A stretch of DNA of 26,486 nucleotides, taken from a virus. Its lineage: Duplodnaviria > Caudoviricetes. The position numbers were made by a program, and so were the translations under genes. The notes below the pieces were generated by a model, which saw nothing but the letters and a program-made list of their open reading frames with translations, was not told where the DNA came from and ran no database searches. This document shows positions 25,475 through 26,486 of this stretch, piece by piece. Location: positions 1 through 26,486 of the IMG/VR virus record IMGVR_UViG_3300032227_000117, one strand, 5' to 3'. Each line of letters begins with the position of its first letter. Position 1 is the first letter of the stretch.

Positions 25475-25986
25475 CCTATTTCTCGTCCAGTCCAACTCTT
25501 TTTAATTTGTGGAAAGGTATCCATCATTTCTTCATGTGACCAATCGTCTTTAACATGAATTTCAAAATGATTACCTTCAAAAGCATCTTGCGGATAATGA
25601 ACTATTGGAATACTAATAATCAGTCTAGGACAAATAGCTAATACACGATTTACTACATCGATAGATTCTTCTTTAGTAACATGTTCTAGAACATCACCAG
25701 CAAATGTTAAGTCTATAGGAAGTAAGGTCTGATAGTCAACCTTTCTGATGTCCTCGTTGATAATTTCATGATATTGATGTCTTAAATCAAATTGTTCAAT
25801 ATAAGGTGCCCATGCTTCAACACCAATCCAATAACTGCTGTAAATTTGTGTAGTAGTATGTTTTCTAAAAAGTCTGCTGTAAGTACCTTTTCCTGTACCT
25901 AAGTCTAATACTCTTTTAATCGGTTCTTGGATTTCTTTAACCCATTCTACCGTCTGTGCTTTTCCTTCTTTTGAACTAGATGGCAT
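25450..25986 (-). CDS. Class I SAM-dependent methyltransferase
   Basis: Motif I VLDLGTGKG, IGVE, EDIR, GDVLEH and ISIP. Confidence 0.85.
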   Translation of the reverse strand: MPSSSKEGKAQTVEWVKEIQEPIKRVLDLGTGKGTYSRLFRKHTTTQIYSSYWIGVEAWAPYIEQFDLRHQYHEIINEDIRKVDYQTLLPIDLTFAGDVLEHVTKEESIDVVNRVLAICPRLIISIPIVHYPQDAFEGNHFEIHVKDDWSHEEMMDTFPQIKKSWTGREIGCYLLSSI

Positions 25987-26013
25987 GATTCGTCCTTAAA
26001 TAATATAAGCACA

Positions 26014-26028
26014 TATTTACCATAAATA
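26014..26028. promoter_or_regulatory. Back-to-back divergent TAAATA late-promoter-like boxes at the strand switch
   Basis: TATTTA-CCA-TAAATA gives TAAATA on the minus strand (26014-26019) and on the plus strand (26023-26028). Confidence 0.55.
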
Positions 26029-26033
26029 AAAAG

Positions 26034-26486
26034 ATGCTTAATAAACAACTATTTGAACAAACAATTACAGCCCTAAAATTAGAAAACAAGTATAGGGTGT
26101 TCAACGATATTATGAGAGAATGTGGAGATTTCCCACATGCCCTTTGGTATGGGCCCTATGCCATTAAAAAGATAGTAAACTGGTGTTCTAATGATTATCT
26201 TGGAATGGGTCAACACAAAGTAGTTCTTGATGCAATGCGAACAGCTCTCGATGGTGCTGGAGCAGGATCAGGCGGCACAAGAAATATAGCCGGTACTACA
26301 CATTATCATGTTGCCCTAGAACATGAATTAGCAGGATTACATGGTAAAGAACGGGCTTTGCTTTTCACTAGTGCTTATGTAGCAAATGAATGGTCTCTTA
26401 TAGCCCTAGCAAAAATCATTCCAGATATTGTGTTTGTATCAGATAGTAAAAATCATAATAGTCTTATAGAGGGTATGCGTCATAGT
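26034..26486 (+). CDS. hemA: 5-aminolevulinate synthase (ALAS, PLP-dependent); truncated at the right edge; absent from the ORF track
   Basis: Hand translation MLNKQLFEQ...KYRVFNDI...NWCSNDYLGMGQH...GAGSGGTRNIAGT...LEHELAGLHGKERALLFTSAYVANE...SDSKNHNSLIEGMRHS contains diagnostic ALAS motifs. Confidence 0.93.
   Translation, partial: MLNKQLFEQTITALKLENKYRVFNDIMRECGDFPHALWYGPYAIKKIVNWCSNDYLGMGQHKVVLDAMRTALDGAGAGSGGTRNIAGTTHYHVALEHELAGLHGKERALLFTSAYVANEWSLIALAKIIPDIVFVSDSKNHNSLIEGMRHS

Noticed and set aside
1-26486. CRISPR array, tRNA/rRNA, IS element, DGR or stop-codon reassignment
   Set aside because: No regularly spaced repeats, cloverleafs, transposase or reverse transcriptase were seen by eye. 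Coding density is near complete under code 11, with TAA, TGA and TAG all used as stops.

Overview
This window is a densely packed, AT-rich segment of a large tailed dsDNA phage genome, distantly T4-like in gene content and using the standard genetic code. Genes run on the minus strand from about 25986 to the left edge, with one plus-strand gene starting at 26034. Replication and nucleotide genes are family-B DNA polymerase, a gp45-like sliding clamp, an RNase H/5'-3' exonuclease, ThyX and a DsbA-like protein. A MoxR AAA+/VWA-metallopeptidase pair is split by an acyl-CoA dehydrogenase. Two edge-truncated genes are missing from the ORF track: a repeat-rich tail-fibre-like gene (<1..1853) and 5-aminolevulinate synthase (26034..>26486), the latter suggesting an alphaproteobacterial host. 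The main candidate system is a ~7.4 kb 7-deazaguanine modification cluster (11246..18642) next to the clamp and polymerase. It encodes QueE, FolE, a DpdL-like T-fold protein (LxxxHRHxF), a TGT/DpdA-like enzyme, two phosphoribosyltransferases and a possible cluster-less QueE paralogue. It also encodes a GT-B glycosyltransferase whose motifs resemble the queuosine mannosyltransferase (GTDC1/QTMAN, DUF3524) family. No canonical QueD or QueC is present in the window. A small structured leader precedes folE. All family assignments come from motif recognition by eye; no database searches were run.
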